Shown here: in pieces, positions 51,790 to 62,055 of the stretch
Position numbering within the stretch: position 1 is the first letter of the stretch
How the letters are laid out: every line of letters begins with the position of its first letter
Assembly (NCBI GenBank): GCA_964485795.1
Contig: CAZAJQ010000001.1
Span: forward strand, 78,014 to 142,013
Direction of reading: 5' to 3'
DNA length: 64,000 nucleotides
From: an uncultured Gammaproteobacteria bacterium
Lineage (GTDB): Bacteria; Patescibacteriota; Patescibacteriia; VMEV01; CAZAJQ01
The notes under the pieces: generated by a model
Told to the model about the DNA's origin: nothing
Database searches by the model: none
Seen by the model: the letters and a program-made list of their open reading frames with translations, nothing else
Position numbers and translations under genes: made by a program

Positions 51790-52530
51790 GTGAAGGTAAT
51801 GCCAAATGATTCCAACATGCAAACTTTTCTGCCCTACATTCTCTCCCGTTCGCTCGCACATCTGAAGTGGAAAATTCTTTTCATGTTTTTTTTCTTTTCC
51901 GTATTTTTTCCGCGTCATCTCTTCGCCGCCGCAAATATCGAAATCCCGACGCTTTCCGTGCCTTTCCTGTCCGACATATTGACAAAACCCGATGCCGGCG
52001 GTCGAATCACATGGATCACGGATTATGCGAGCGCTTTATACCGTTTCGGATTTTTGATCTGCGGGCTGGTGGCCGTGTTTTTTCTCATAGCGGGCGGCAT
52101 ACAATGGACGCTTTCCGCCGGAGACAGCGGAAGGGTCGAGCAGGCCAAAGAATACATTTCCGGAAGCATCATGGGCATGGTCATTCTTTTTTCTTCGTAT
52201 CTCATTTTGTATACCATCAATCCCGGGCTGGTAACCTTTGCTGGGCTTCGCATCCAAGGGCCTCCGCCTCCCGAAAAAGTAGAGGCAAAGGGTTGCTGTG
52301 CGCTCATTCATCCCCACCTTGCCGGAACCACCTATAAATGCGATGCAAATACCTACAGCAATAACTGCGAATATGTCGCAAAAACCGAAGGCTGGAGAAA
52401 TTGGTATTTTATCCCGGTCGGAAGCGAGAAAAGTATCTGCGTGGATAAAAAAACGAATCAACGTTCTGAATCATTTTATGTCTTATCCTCTCAAGGAGAT
52501 GTCACTTACACATGCGAATCCGTAAAATAG
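51790..52530 (+). CDS. TrbC/VirB2-like pilin domain protein with a Cys-rich C-terminal domain; paralogue of 51016..51780
   Basis: ...LSVPFLS...YRFGFLICGLVAVFFLIAGGIQWTLSAGDSGRVEQAKEYISGSIMGMVILFSSYLILYTINPGLV, then GCCALIHPHL...C..C...C...C. Confidence 0.75.
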   Translation: MKVMPNDSNMQTFLPYILSRSLAHLKWKILFMFFFFSVFFPRHLFAAANIEIPTLSVPFLSDILTKPDAGGRITWITDYASALYRFGFLICGLVAVFFLIAGGIQWTLSAGDSGRVEQAKEYISGSIMGMVILFSSYLILYTINPGLVTFAGLRIQGPPPPEKVEAKGCCALIHPHLAGTTYKCDANTYSNNCEYVAKTEGWRNWYFIPVGSEKSICVDKKTNQRSESFYVLSSQGDVTYTCESVK

Positions 52531-52533
52531 CCT

Positions 52534-54363
52534 ATGGTTTTTTTTTCAAAAAAAAATACCCTCAAACCCAATGAACGGCTCTTGCGATTCGCTCATAAGA
52601 GCTTCATCTTGACACTTTTGTTGGGCGCATTTTTTTGTTTTATCATACCCGCCCGAGCGCAAAATCAGGAAATCAAACTTTCCGTGCCGCTTTCGGATCA
52701 GCCGGTGAAAAATTACGGAGATTACATCTATTACAGCTTCCAATTTTTCACATTTGCTGCGAGCGTTATAGCGGTATTCATGCTCTTGGTCGGCGGAGTG
52801 CGCTGGATCGTGTCTGCCGGAAAAACCGATGAAATTTCCGAAGCGAAAAGCATGATATCCGGCGCCGTGGTGGGGCTCATCATTTTGCTGCTTGCCTATC
52901 TCATCTTGAATACGGTCAATGCGAATCTCGTCAAACTCCGAGCCCCCATCACCGGAGGCATATCGGAAGCCGAGCAAAAAGCCGCCGAATCGCTGACGTC
53001 GCAAGAAGCCGCATTAAAACTCATAAAAGAGGAGCAAAATCCAATCGAACCGCCTCGTGCGCTCGATGCCGGTGAAGCGGTTGCCCCCGCTACCAAAGGA
53101 ATTAAGGTCGCCGTGCCTTTTCCTTTTTTACCGGAAAATCTGCAAAACTTCGGACAGTATATCTCGGCTTTTTATCGATTCGGCTTTTTTGTCGCCGCCA
53201 TTATCGCGGTGTTGATGGCGATTTTTGGCGGGGTGCAGTGGACGCTTTCGGCGGGCAACAGCGAAAAAATCAGCGAAGCAAAGTCTTTTCTTGCAAACGG
53301 CCTCCTCGGGCTTGCTTTGCTTCTCTCCTCCTTTCTCATCCTCAATACGCTCAATCCCTCGCTTGTCAATGAATTCAGCCCTCTCAATATTTTAAACTCC
53401 CGCTCCCCCCTTCCCCCCACACCCGTTTTGACACCCCCAAAGGGGAACCAAATTCCCTTATCCGTACCGCTTCCAAACGCGCTTTATGTCTCGGATACGT
53501 TTGACTATATCGTCAAAATCTTTGAGTTCAGTCTCTACGCCCTCGCGATATTTGCCGTGCTCATGATCATCATCGCCGGATATATCTCCCTCACTTCAAT
53601 GGGAAGTTCGGAAGGAATACAAAAATCAAAAGAATTCATCGGCGGAGCCGTGATCGGCCTCGTCATCCTTCTTTGCGCGACCTTGCTTCTCAATACCATC
53701 GACACGGAATTGACGAGACTGGGCTTGAGCAAAGGACTGGCCGTGCCGGTGGTGGCGAAACGCTTCCTGTGCTGCAAAGATAAACTCGGAACCGTCAAGC
53801 GCGATCAATTTCACTATTCTTGCGCCGACCTCGGTCTCCTTGATGCCGATCCAAAGGAATGTTTTTCGGAAACGACGACCACCGGCTGCTGTCCGGTGCC
53901 AAAACTTGGAGGCCTCTATGATTGCAAGGATGGATATACCCGAGATATTTGCCAAAAACGCACGCTTGACGCCAGCGGCGCGGAAATCGTCACACAGTAT
54001 GACTTTTATCCCAAGCAGCAATGCAAAGACCTCGGCCGCATCTGCACAGGCGGCCAAAACGGTGACGTATGCGAAAAAAACAGCGACTGCGCCTCGTCGT
54101 TTTGCGTGGATGTGTGTGTCTTTCACAACCGAGCTTGGCTTCCGAATTATTTCAGATACTCGGGAAAATATTGCGCCCCATCCGAGGGTTTTCGATGCAT
54201 CAATTACAATCGCGACACCGAAACGCTCTCAAAAAATCCAAACTGTTCGTACGCTTTGCCAGTTATCGGAGAAGATGTGCTTTCAAAAGAACGATGTCTC
54301 GAATACTCAAAAGAAAACGATCCGACCATACCTGCAAGGATAAAGGCATGGAATCAGCTATGA
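52534..54363 (+). CDS. triple tandem TrbC/VirB2-like pilin-domain polyprotein with a ~210-aa Cys-rich C-terminal domain
   Basis: Three copies of the (LSVP..)-TM-[VGG/FGG][VRW/VQW][IVS/TLS]AG.[TDE/SEK]ISEAKS...-TM-LNT.NP.LV module at about aa 45-125, 190-275 and 300-385. About 25 Cys follow from FLCCKDKLG onward. The stop overlaps the radA start (ATGA). Confidence 0.8.
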   Translation: MVFFSKKNTLKPNERLLRFAHKSFILTLLLGAFFCFIIPARAQNQEIKLSVPLSDQPVKNYGDYIYYSFQFFTFAASVIAVFMLLVGGVRWIVSAGKTDEISEAKSMISGAVVGLIILLLAYLILNTVNANLVKLRAPITGGISEAEQKAAESLTSQEAALKLIKEEQNPIEPPRALDAGEAVAPATKGIKVAVPFPFLPENLQNFGQYISAFYRFGFFVAAIIAVLMAIFGGVQWTLSAGNSEKISEAKSFLANGLLGLALLLSSFLILNTLNPSLVNEFSPLNILNSRSPLPPTPVLTPPKGNQIPLSVPLPNALYVSDTFDYIVKIFEFSLYALAIFAVLMIIIAGYISLTSMGSSEGIQKSKEFIGGAVIGLVILLCATLLLNTIDTELTRLGLSKGLAVPVVAKRFLCCKDKLGTVKRDQFHYSCADLGLLDADPKECFSETTTTGCCPVPKLGGLYDCKDGYTRDICQKRTLDASGAEIVTQYDFYPKQQCKDLGRICTGGQNGDVCEKNSDCASSFCVDVCVFHNRAWLPNYFRYSGKYCAPSEGFRCINYNRDTETLSKNPNCSYALPVIGEDVLSKERCLEYSKENDPTIPARIKAWNQL

Positions 54364-55733
54364 AATCGCAAGAACCGTTTTATTCCTGCACGCATTGCGA
54401 CGCCCAATTTTCGAAATGGTCGGGAAAATGCTCGAAATGCGGACAATGGGGAAGTTTGCAAAAAGAATCGGAAGGAGCCGCTGCGGGAGTGAATCATGCG
54501 AAAGTCATGGCTTTCGATAAGATTGAGAAATCATTCTTGGAAAAAATCAGTACCGGCATTGCCGAGCTTGATACCGTACTCGGCGGAGGCATAGTCCCCG
54601 GAAGTCTGACACTGCTCGGCGGTGAACCCGGCATCGGCAAATCAACTTTGGTATTGCAAATCATGCACGGCCTTCTGCGCGATGCCGAAAATATGGTGCT
54701 CAAAGCTTCGGGTGAACGAAGCGGCCTCTACGTCTCCGGCGAAGAATCGGGTTTTCAGATCAAAACGCGCATTTCTCGACTCGGAATACCCTGCGACCGC
54801 ATGCTCTTCCTTGCGGAAACTCATATCGAAAGCGTTGCATCCGCGATCGTCAAGCTGCGTCCCGTGATCGTCATCATCGACTCGATACAAACCATGTATT
54901 CGGATCAGAACCCCGCCGAAGCCGGAAGCGTGAACCAGATACGCATCTGCACCGTGAAGCTGCTCGAAATCGCAAAACGCGAAAATATCCCGATCGTCGT
55001 CATCGGTCATATCACAAAAGACGGCGCCGTTGCGGGGCCAAAGACGCTCGAACACCTTGTGGACACCGTGCTGTATCTCGAAGGCGATCGGCATCATCTC
55101 TATCGCCTTCTTCGGGGGGTGAAAAACCGTTTCGGAGCGACGGATGAAGTCGGAGTCTTTGAGATGACGAAAAAAGGTCTCGCCGAAGTGCAAAACCCGT
55201 CCGCCATTTTTCTCGACCGTCACGAATCCCCGATACCGGGTACGGTGATTTCCGCGGTTTCTGAAGGCAATAAGCCGTTTCTCGTCGAAATCCAAGCTCT
55301 CGCGACGAAATCCGTTTTCGGCATACCGCAACGAAAGACTTCGGGATTTGACCTCAGCCGTTTTCAGATGCTGATCGCCGTGCTGTCAAAACGCGGCGGA
55401 CTGATGCTCCATGACAAGGATCTTCATCTCAATGTGGTGGGAGGCTATAAAATCAAAGATACGGGCGCGGACATGGCGGTATGCGCGAGCCTCATCCTCG
55501 CGGTAAAAAATACCAGCATGAATGAAAAAACCCTGCTTCTCGGCGAAGTGGGTCTGGGAGGGGAAATACGAAACGCGACGCATATGGCTCAAAAACTGAA
55601 AGAAGCCGAAAAACTCGGCTTCACAAAAGCGATTTTACCGCATAACCAGCATATCCGTTCAAAACTTCAACTTCTCACCATAAAAACTCTTGACGAATTG
55701 ATGTCAAAACTCGGAATTGAAGACGAAATATAA
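54360..55733 (+). CDS. radA: DNA repair protein RadA/Sms
   Basis: N-terminal C4 zinc finger CTHCDAQFSKWSGKCSKCGQW. RecA-like Walker A GEPGIGKST. KNRFG motif. Lon-like C-terminal domain. The ORF-track start at 54069 is an out-of-context extension. Confidence 0.9.
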   Translation: MKSQEPFYSCTHCDAQFSKWSGKCSKCGQWGSLQKESEGAAAGVNHAKVMAFDKIEKSFLEKISTGIAELDTVLGGGIVPGSLTLLGGEPGIGKSTLVLQIMHGLLRDAENMVLKASGERSGLYVSGEESGFQIKTRISRLGIPCDRMLFLAETHIESVASAIVKLRPVIVIIDSIQTMYSDQNPAEAGSVNQIRICTVKLLEIAKRENIPIVVIGHITKDGAVAGPKTLEHLVDTVLYLEGDRHHLYRLLRGVKNRFGATDEVGVFEMTKKGLAEVQNPSAIFLDRHESPIPGTVISAVSEGNKPFLVEIQALATKSVFGIPQRKTSGFDLSRFQMLIAVLSKRGGLMLHDKDLHLNVVGGYKIKDTGADMAVCASLILAVKNTSMNEKTLLLGEVGLGGEIRNATHMAQKLKEAEKLGFTKAILPHNQHIRSKLQLLTIKTLDELMSKLGIEDEI

Positions 55734-55818
55734 TATTTTCTGCCGACGTCAAAACGAGCAAAGTTGCTCTAACCCGTATCCTTTTTTCTCCTATGTTTCA
55801 AAAGCCTCAATACTTCTT

Positions 55819-56526
55819 CTACATTTTTTCATCAGGCGCCTCCTGTGGCTGTTCTTCCGGATGAAACTGACTTTCCCATGCTATGAAATCTTGATACGCT
55901 CTTTGCTCTCTCGCTCCCTTTCCTTTGATCTGCTGCGAACGTATCGGCAAGCCCGGCTGCTCGACATATTTGTTATTGTGCGACGAAAATCTATAAAACA
56001 GCAATTTCCGCATTGTATCTCCGGTGAAAAGATGATCTTTGTATTTTTCAAAATACCGCGGTTCGAGTACCATCTTGCCCATTTCCATGCGATTTGCATC
56101 GAGACTTTCGCCTTCTTTCAAAAAAGATCGGTCCAAATCTATCGACCATTCTTCAAGCGTTTTATATGGAATATTGGCCTTTGCGATTTCATGATGCGTG
56201 ATTCCTTGACGTTTTTCTTTTCCTTTCAGAAGGCTTACCATTCCATCCTCATTTGAGGTGACGGTCCATCCAAAGGTGCCCTCAAACATCGCGTTTTTCA
56301 TGTTTTTTTTCCCCAACATGTCGAGTATCTTTTCATGGTATCTCTTTTTCTCTTGCTCCGAAGGTCTCGCTGTTATGAACTCTTTCTTGAGCGCGTCAAG
56401 CTCCTTGAACGCACCAAGAGCTTTCAGTTTTTCAAGATTTTCTTGTATTTTTGCGAAAGGGTCATCTGATCCACTGGATTGGAACTTTTCAGCATCGGGC
56501 GGTATGTATTTTTCATCATCATGCAT
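55819..56526 (-). CDS. hypothetical protein
   Basis: 235-aa ORF; no recognised motif. Confidence 0.5.
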   Translation of the reverse strand: MHDDEKYIPPDAEKFQSSGSDDPFAKIQENLEKLKALGAFKELDALKKEFITARPSEQEKKRYHEKILDMLGKKNMKNAMFEGTFGWTVTSNEDGMVSLLKGKEKRQGITHHEIAKANIPYKTLEEWSIDLDRSFLKEGESLDANRMEMGKMVLEPRYFEKYKDHLFTGDTMRKLLFYRFSSHNNKYVEQPGLPIRSQQIKGKGAREQRAYQDFIAWESQFHPEEQPQEAPDEKM

Positions 56527-56664
56527 AAAAAGGCGTTAATAATTACGATTTCATAATATCATAAATAAATCTTGCCAAATAGTTGACATTTATATACTAT
56601 TCAGTCATAGTAGCACATCGTTATTTTTACCTATTTCTTTGTTTTTTTAAAAAAGGAGCTTTCC

Positions 56665-56991
56665 ATGGAAGAGCACTGGAAAGAGGACGGATTCGAATTT
56701 TTGCGCGATGACAAGCTCGGTGCGTTTCTGGATTCGATAAGAGTCAACCATGACCGTCCGAATGATGATACACTCACGATCGGCGTCAAGGATATGGTGT
56801 ATCGCATCGATTGCTCGGGATTGCGAAAGCGTATCATCGAGATCCTGACGCCGCTTGGGCATCAGGAAATTATGCTCTGCAAAAATCAGATTGAAAAAAA
56901 AATTGAAGGAGTCGATTCACAAAAAGAATTTGAATCCTCTTTTCTTTTTCAATACATACTCCGTCTCATAGAGATGGAATTTCATGTCTAA
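56665..56991 (+). CDS. hypothetical protein
   Basis: 108 aa; AAAGGAG RBS 7 nt upstream. Confidence 0.45.
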   Translation: MEEHWKEDGFEFLRDDKLGAFLDSIRVNHDRPNDDTLTIGVKDMVYRIDCSGLRKRIIEILTPLGHQEIMLCKNQIEKKIEGVDSQKEFESSFLFQYILRLIEMEFHV

Positions 56992-56995
56992 TATC

Positions 56996-57027
56996 AAAAA
57001 GACCCGTTACCAGGGTCTTTTCTTATT
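56996..57027. terminator. bidirectional Rho-independent terminator between the hypothetical gene (+) and recG (-)
   Basis: AAGACCC, loop gttacca, GGGTCTT, with A5 before and ttcttatt after. Confidence 0.7.
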
Positions 57028-57051
57028 ATCCCAATACTCACTCACTTGACG

Positions 57052-59175
57052 TCATTCCAGATGCAGATTTCGCGCTTTTGCCGCGATTCTTTTTTGCAAA
57101 GCGGGAAACGCATTCAAGTCCTTATCGATACGAAATATTTCCTCGGCTTCTTTTCTGCAGGTAAGAATCAAATCCGTATCCGAAATATCGGCGACTCTGA
57201 GCTCAATCGATCCGGATTGACGCATGCCCAGAATTTCCCCGGCTCCGCGAAACCGCAAATCCCGTTCAGCGAGTTCGAAACCGTCATGACAGTCGGCGAG
57301 AAGCTTCAACCGATAGACGTTTGAAACATCCTTTGACGGAAAAAGAAAGCAGTACGATTGATGATCTCCCCTTCCGACGCGACCGCGAAACTGATGCAGC
57401 TGCGCGAGGCCAAATCGCTCCGCTCCTTCGATCATCATGATGGTCGCATTCGGCACATCGATACCCACCTCGATCACGGATGTCGAAACCAAAATATCAG
57501 CCTCTTTTTTTTTAAAAACTTCAAGCTTTGAATTTTTTTCGCCATTTTTCATTTTACCATGCAAAAAATCGACTTTCAGCTCCGGGAAAATCTTCTTTTG
57601 CAAAAACTCATATTCTTTTGTGGCGGCTTTCACTCCCAGAGCGTCCGAATGTTCGATCAGAGGACATATGACAAAAACCTGCCGACCTTTTTTCACCTCT
57701 TGCCGGATAAATCGATACGCCGCGTCCCTCCCGAACTCGGCTACAACTCGAGTGAATACGGGTTTTCGATATTTGGGCATTTCACGAAGCGAAGTGATAT
57801 CCAGATCACCATACATCGTGAGCGCAAGACTTCTCGGTATCGGAGTCGCGGTCATGGACAGCAAATGCGGCTCCTCCGATTTTTCCTTGATCGCCTTACG
57901 TTGTTTCACTCCAAATCGATGCTGCTCGTCGATGACCGCAAGTCCGAGTTTTGTAAAGCAGACCTGATCCGTGATCAATGCATGCGTACCGATGACCACG
58001 TCGACATCACCGCTCCGTATCGCTTTTCGAACCGTTTCCTTTGAACAAGAAGTTTGCTTTTCCACATGCTCTTTTTGATCACGTTCATCTCTTTTTTGAC
58101 CGTCTAAACGGTCAAACGCGCATATCTCATGATTGCTCCCGGTCATCAGCGCGAGCCTCAAACGCGTATCGCAAAAGAAATTTTTCGCGTTTTCAAAATG
58201 TTGCCGAGCCAAAACTTCGGTGGGTACCATGAATGCCGCCTGAAATCCCGCAAGGCAGGCGTTCAGCATCGCCGCGAAAGCCACTACGGTTTTGCCGCTT
58301 CCCACGTCGCCTTGAAGAAGCCGATTCATGGGAACGTTTTTACTCATATCGACGGAGATTTCCTTGATAGCATTTTTTTGATCGTCGGTGAGAGTAAACG
58401 GAAGCTTGGTCAAACATTCCTGCGTTTCTTTATGAAAAAAATTCATCGCAAACGATGAAGACGATCGTCTCTCGATACGCATTTTTTGCATCAGGCATTG
58501 CATTTCAAAAAGTTCGGAAAAAGCAAACCTCTTACGAGCCCGCTCGGCTTCCACCATTGCATGCGGAACATGGATTTTTTTCAACGCATCAAAAAGAGAC
58601 AAAAAACCGTACTTTCGTACGATTTCATCCGGAAGCCACTCGTTTTCTTGTTGCGTTTGTTCCATGCCATACTGCACCAAAAAACGCATTTGCTTTTGCG
58701 TGATATTCGCGGTCGTATGATATATGGGTAATATTTTCCCGACCGTTTTCGCATTTTCCACGGACACATTCACCTCATAGAGCGGCGAAACGAATTGCTT
58801 GGCGAATGCGTCAATGCTGACTTCTCCGGAAACGATGATATCATCGCCCCTGTCGATGTAATGAGAAACATAAGGCTGATGAAACCAGACAAGCTTCACC
58901 TGTCCCGTATCGTCGCTTATGATCGCTTCGGTGATGATCATCCTTTTTTTTGCCGATCGGCGGCTCTCGATCATCTCGACTTTACCGACGACGGTGGCAA
59001 AATCACCGGCTTTGAGCTCGGAAACTTTCACGACGCGACTGTAATCTTCATAACGAAAAGGAAAATGGTAGACAACGTCTTCAATCGTGTGAATGTCCAG
59101 TTTCTTCAATCGCGAAGAGAATTTTTTTGCGATTAAGGGAATTTCAAAAAGCGGAGTTTGAGCTTGCAAGGGCAT
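57052..59175 (-). CDS. recG: ATP-dependent DNA helicase RecG
   Basis: 707 aa; OB wedge domain; helicase motifs GDVGSGKT and DEQHRFGV; TRG motif region. Confidence 0.95.
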   Translation of the reverse strand: MPLQAQTPLFEIPLIAKKFSSRLKKLDIHTIEDVVYHFPFRYEDYSRVVKVSELKAGDFATVVGKVEMIESRRSAKKRMIITEAIISDDTGQVKLVWFHQPYVSHYIDRGDDIIVSGEVSIDAFAKQFVSPLYEVNVSVENAKTVGKILPIYHTTANITQKQMRFLVQYGMEQTQQENEWLPDEIVRKYGFLSLFDALKKIHVPHAMVEAERARKRFAFSELFEMQCLMQKMRIERRSSSSFAMNFFHKETQECLTKLPFTLTDDQKNAIKEISVDMSKNVPMNRLLQGDVGSGKTVVAFAAMLNACLAGFQAAFMVPTEVLARQHFENAKNFFCDTRLRLALMTGSNHEICAFDRLDGQKRDERDQKEHVEKQTSCSKETVRKAIRSGDVDVVIGTHALITDQVCFTKLGLAVIDEQHRFGVKQRKAIKEKSEEPHLLSMTATPIPRSLALTMYGDLDITSLREMPKYRKPVFTRVVAEFGRDAAYRFIRQEVKKGRQVFVICPLIEHSDALGVKAATKEYEFLQKKIFPELKVDFLHGKMKNGEKNSKLEVFKKKEADILVSTSVIEVGIDVPNATIMMIEGAERFGLAQLHQFRGRVGRGDHQSYCFLFPSKDVSNVYRLKLLADCHDGFELAERDLRFRGAGEILGMRQSGSIELRVADISDTDLILTCRKEAEEIFRIDKDLNAFPALQKRIAAKARNLHLE

Positions 59176-59212
59176 ACGCGTTTCATCTTTCTCATAATCA
59201 CTTTCACATTTT

Positions 59213-59596
59213 TCACTTCATACTGTGCAATCCTATAAAATTGCCTTCGGAATCGACGATAAAGGCGATGAAACCGTTTTCACCGATCGAAAGCCGCCCC
59301 TTGGAGATTTTACCGCCGGCTTTTTCAGTTTTTTCCAGCACTTCATCGATCATTCCTTCGCAATTGAGATAAATCCTCACCCCTTGCTCTCCAGGTTCGA
59401 ATCCTTTTCCAAAATCGGGAGCGAGCAACGCTCCGCCAACGCCTTCTTTGCCTTCCATCGGGAAAAAGGCCATTTTCTTGCCCATGAAATCTTGGACATG
59501 AAATGCGATTCCCAAAATCTCGCCATAAAAATTCATGGCTCGATCGAAATTTTTCGTCGGGATCTCAAACCAGGTAATGACATTTTTGTGAACCAT
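59213..59596 (-). CDS. VOC/glyoxalase-family protein
   Basis: 127 aa; ITWFEIPTKNFDRAMNFYGEILG and a beta-alpha-beta-beta-beta module duplication. Confidence 0.7.
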   Translation of the reverse strand: MVHKNVITWFEIPTKNFDRAMNFYGEILGIAFHVQDFMGKKMAFFPMEGKEGVGGALLAPDFGKGFEPGEQGVRIYLNCEGMIDEVLEKTEKAGGKISKGRLSIGENGFIAFIVDSEGNFIGLHSMK

Positions 59597-59618
59597 ATGG
59601 GTGACAAAAAAATAAAAC

Positions 59619-60458
59619 TCACTTGGCGCTCAAACTCAAACGTTGGGCTTCAACGTTTTCTTTGTGAATGAATACGAAACGCGATTTTTTCAGTATCAAA
59701 AATACGGGATACAAAAGGATGGTCGTCATGACGTTAAACGGTATGATAAGCGTGATCAAGCTGGCGAAAACGGCCACCGCACTTGCGGAAGCCATCACCG
59801 CTTGATTGGGTACGAGATACTTCGCGTTTATCGACGCTATGGATTCATGCCAAGACGTTTCAATCTGTTTCTCGGCGGTTTTTCTTTCCGCGGGCGGCAA
59901 TTTATTCAGATTTGAATCTTTGCTCCACCCAATGATCTTTTGCTCGTACCTCGGCGAAACCACGATCTGATTTTGCGATGCGAGTTTCTCGACGCCGTAA
60001 TAAAAACCCATGCTGATGATCGCCAGAATGCCGATAAGCAACGGTATTCTGCCCGCCGACAACGATGTGACGGAAAAACGAATGCGCGACGATATTTCAT
60101 GGTCAACGCGTTTGAGCGTAAAGAAGGCGAAAACAAAAAGCACCACCGCACCGATGATATGAGGAGAAGCAAAAAACATCGCGAGAGATGAAAACAAAAA
60201 AATCGTCAGCGCATACGAAAAAGGTCTTACCACCGCCACGACAATATCAATGCTCATGATCAGGAGCATTTGCGCAATCGCAAAATGGATGACGATGGGG
60301 ATGATGGCGAAATCAAGGGCTCCTATCATGGCCGGTATGCCTTCGACCTTGCTGATGCTCCATCCGAAATAATACGCTAAAATGATGCACACGATACCCA
60401 AACTCACGATTTTTACGAGCGATTCGGGTGCCGGCTTTTGAACTTGTGTTTTTGACAT
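59619..60458 (-). CDS. hypothetical polytopic membrane protein
   Basis: 279 aa, about 6 TM segments. Confidence 0.55.
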   Translation of the reverse strand: MSKTQVQKPAPESLVKIVSLGIVCIILAYYFGWSISKVEGIPAMIGALDFAIIPIVIHFAIAQMLLIMSIDIVVAVVRPFSYALTIFLFSSLAMFFASPHIIGAVVLFVFAFFTLKRVDHEISSRIRFSVTSLSAGRIPLLIGILAIISMGFYYGVEKLASQNQIVVSPRYEQKIIGWSKDSNLNKLPPAERKTAEKQIETSWHESIASINAKYLVPNQAVMASASAVAVFASLITLIIPFNVMTTILLYPVFLILKKSRFVFIHKENVEAQRLSLSAK

Positions 60459-60476
60459 AGAAATATTAATTTTTGT

Positions 60477-61187
60477 TTAATCCAAATAAAGTCCTATTTC
60501 CGAGGCATATCGATCTTTATTCCAGCTTTCCGGAGATTTGAGCACGCGACTGCCGTTTTTGAGAAATACCTTGGTATGCTGATAAGCAATGCCAAATTCA
60601 CGCGCCACATTCTTTTCATCTTCATCGGTTTCATTGTCATTGAAATTCACTTGAAATCCGATGACCTGATCGGTGTCAAGCTCATTGAACGCCGGATACA
60701 ACGCCGTTGAAACTTCAGCCTTGCAAATGGGACACCAATTGGCGTAAAAATAAAGCACCACGATTTTCCCGGATTTGAGAGCCGCCTCATAGTCAACGCC
60801 ATTGAACTCCAGCAATAAGGTTCTTTTCCCGGCGATGACTTTGCCCGTGAAGAGTTGCTGCTCTTTTTTCGGTTCAACGATTTTTCCATCGGTATCCTTT
60901 GATTGCGTCGCTTCTCCGTCTGAGGGAGCGGGTAAGTTATCATCCTTTTTTTTCATCTCGGCGTTTGGATCGATCGGCTTCGCGTCGGTGCCGACGTTTT
61001 CCGTTTTTTCGATTGAAACAGCTTCGTTGCTCACCGATTTGTTTTTCTTTGCCTCATCACCAGACTTGTCAGCCACGCGACTTTGAAATCGGCTCAGACC
61101 ATAAGCTCCGGCCACAAAAACAACGGCTAGTATAATAAAAACAAGAAACATGGAACTCACGCCTTTTTGACGATATGAAAACATCAT
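60477..61187 (-). CDS. membrane-anchored thioredoxin-like protein (TlpA/ResA-like)
   Basis: N-terminal TM; WCPICK CxxC motif in a thioredoxin fold. Confidence 0.8.
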   Translation of the reverse strand: MMFSYRQKGVSSMFLVFIILAVVFVAGAYGLSRFQSRVADKSGDEAKKNKSVSNEAVSIEKTENVGTDAKPIDPNAEMKKKDDNLPAPSDGEATQSKDTDGKIVEPKKEQQLFTGKVIAGKRTLLLEFNGVDYEAALKSGKIVVLYFYANWCPICKAEVSTALYPAFNELDTDQVIGFQVNFNDNETDEDEKNVAREFGIAYQHTKVFLKNGSRVLKSPESWNKDRYASEIGLYLD

Positions 61188-61196
61188 AATGTTGTA

Positions 61197-62045
61197 TTAT
61201 ATTTCAAAAATTTTTGACATCAATTCATTCACAAAATCAAAATCCCCATCCCCTTCCAACAAAACGTCAAAATTTCTTTCATATTCGGTTTTGTCTTCAT
61301 CATAATGCGTATTCAAAAAACCGATTTTGAGAATCGTATTATGCGATCTTCCTTTCAACATCGCAAGATCAGACACACTGTCTCCCAGAAGCAGCACATT
61401 TTTTCTGTCCTCAATGATTTTTTTTATTTCCGGAACATTTTCAATGACCGCTTCGTCTTTATTGAAGGAATGAATGATCTCGCCTCGCGTTCGAACGGCA
61501 ATGCCTGCTTGATCCCAGACGAATCGATTGGTTATGAAATAAATATTGGCGTATCTCTTTCCGATTTTTTCAAACATCATCGCGATCGCATCCCCGCAAC
61601 CGCTTGCGGAAATGATAATGAGCGGGATGTTTTTTTCATGAAGCCGATCGAGAAAATCCGAAACTCCTTCCCGAAATTTCAGCTTCCCATTTTTCACGAT
61701 ATCCAAGAGATCAACCTTGCGCAATCCCGAAGCAATCAAAAGCTCATTATGCTTTTGCCACCATTCTTTCATGGCGCTTTTTCGTTCTTCAAAGGGAATT
61801 GGCAGATTGGCTTCAAACGGATGGTATTTTTCAAAAAGTTCATGGGCCTTGCGAGCGTAATCCGGAGTCAAATGATTGCCGTCGCGCAGCATGGAAATAA
61901 TCGAAGGCGTTTTTACGCCATCAACCGCGCCATACGTAAGGGTCCGATCAAAATCCGTGAGAACATAAAAATGATCGAGGCCTGCCGACTTCATGGCCGA
62001 CTTTTTCCGTAAAAATTCGGATTTTCTGGGAATATGAACAAGCAC
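61197..62045 (-). CDS. HAD-superfamily hydrolase, pyrimidine 5'-nucleotidase (UMPH-1)-like
   Basis: DFDRTLT motif I, IISASG motif II, GDSVSD motif IV. Confidence 0.75.
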   Translation of the reverse strand: MLVHIPRKSEFLRKKSAMKSAGLDHFYVLTDFDRTLTYGAVDGVKTPSIISMLRDGNHLTPDYARKAHELFEKYHPFEANLPIPFEERKSAMKEWWQKHNELLIASGLRKVDLLDIVKNGKLKFREGVSDFLDRLHEKNIPLIIISASGCGDAIAMMFEKIGKRYANIYFITNRFVWDQAGIAVRTRGEIIHSFNKDEAVIENVPEIKKIIEDRKNVLLLGDSVSDLAMLKGRSHNTILKIGFLNTHYDEDKTEYERNFDVLLEGDGDFDFVNELMSKIFEI

Positions 62046-62055
62046 ATCTAATAAA

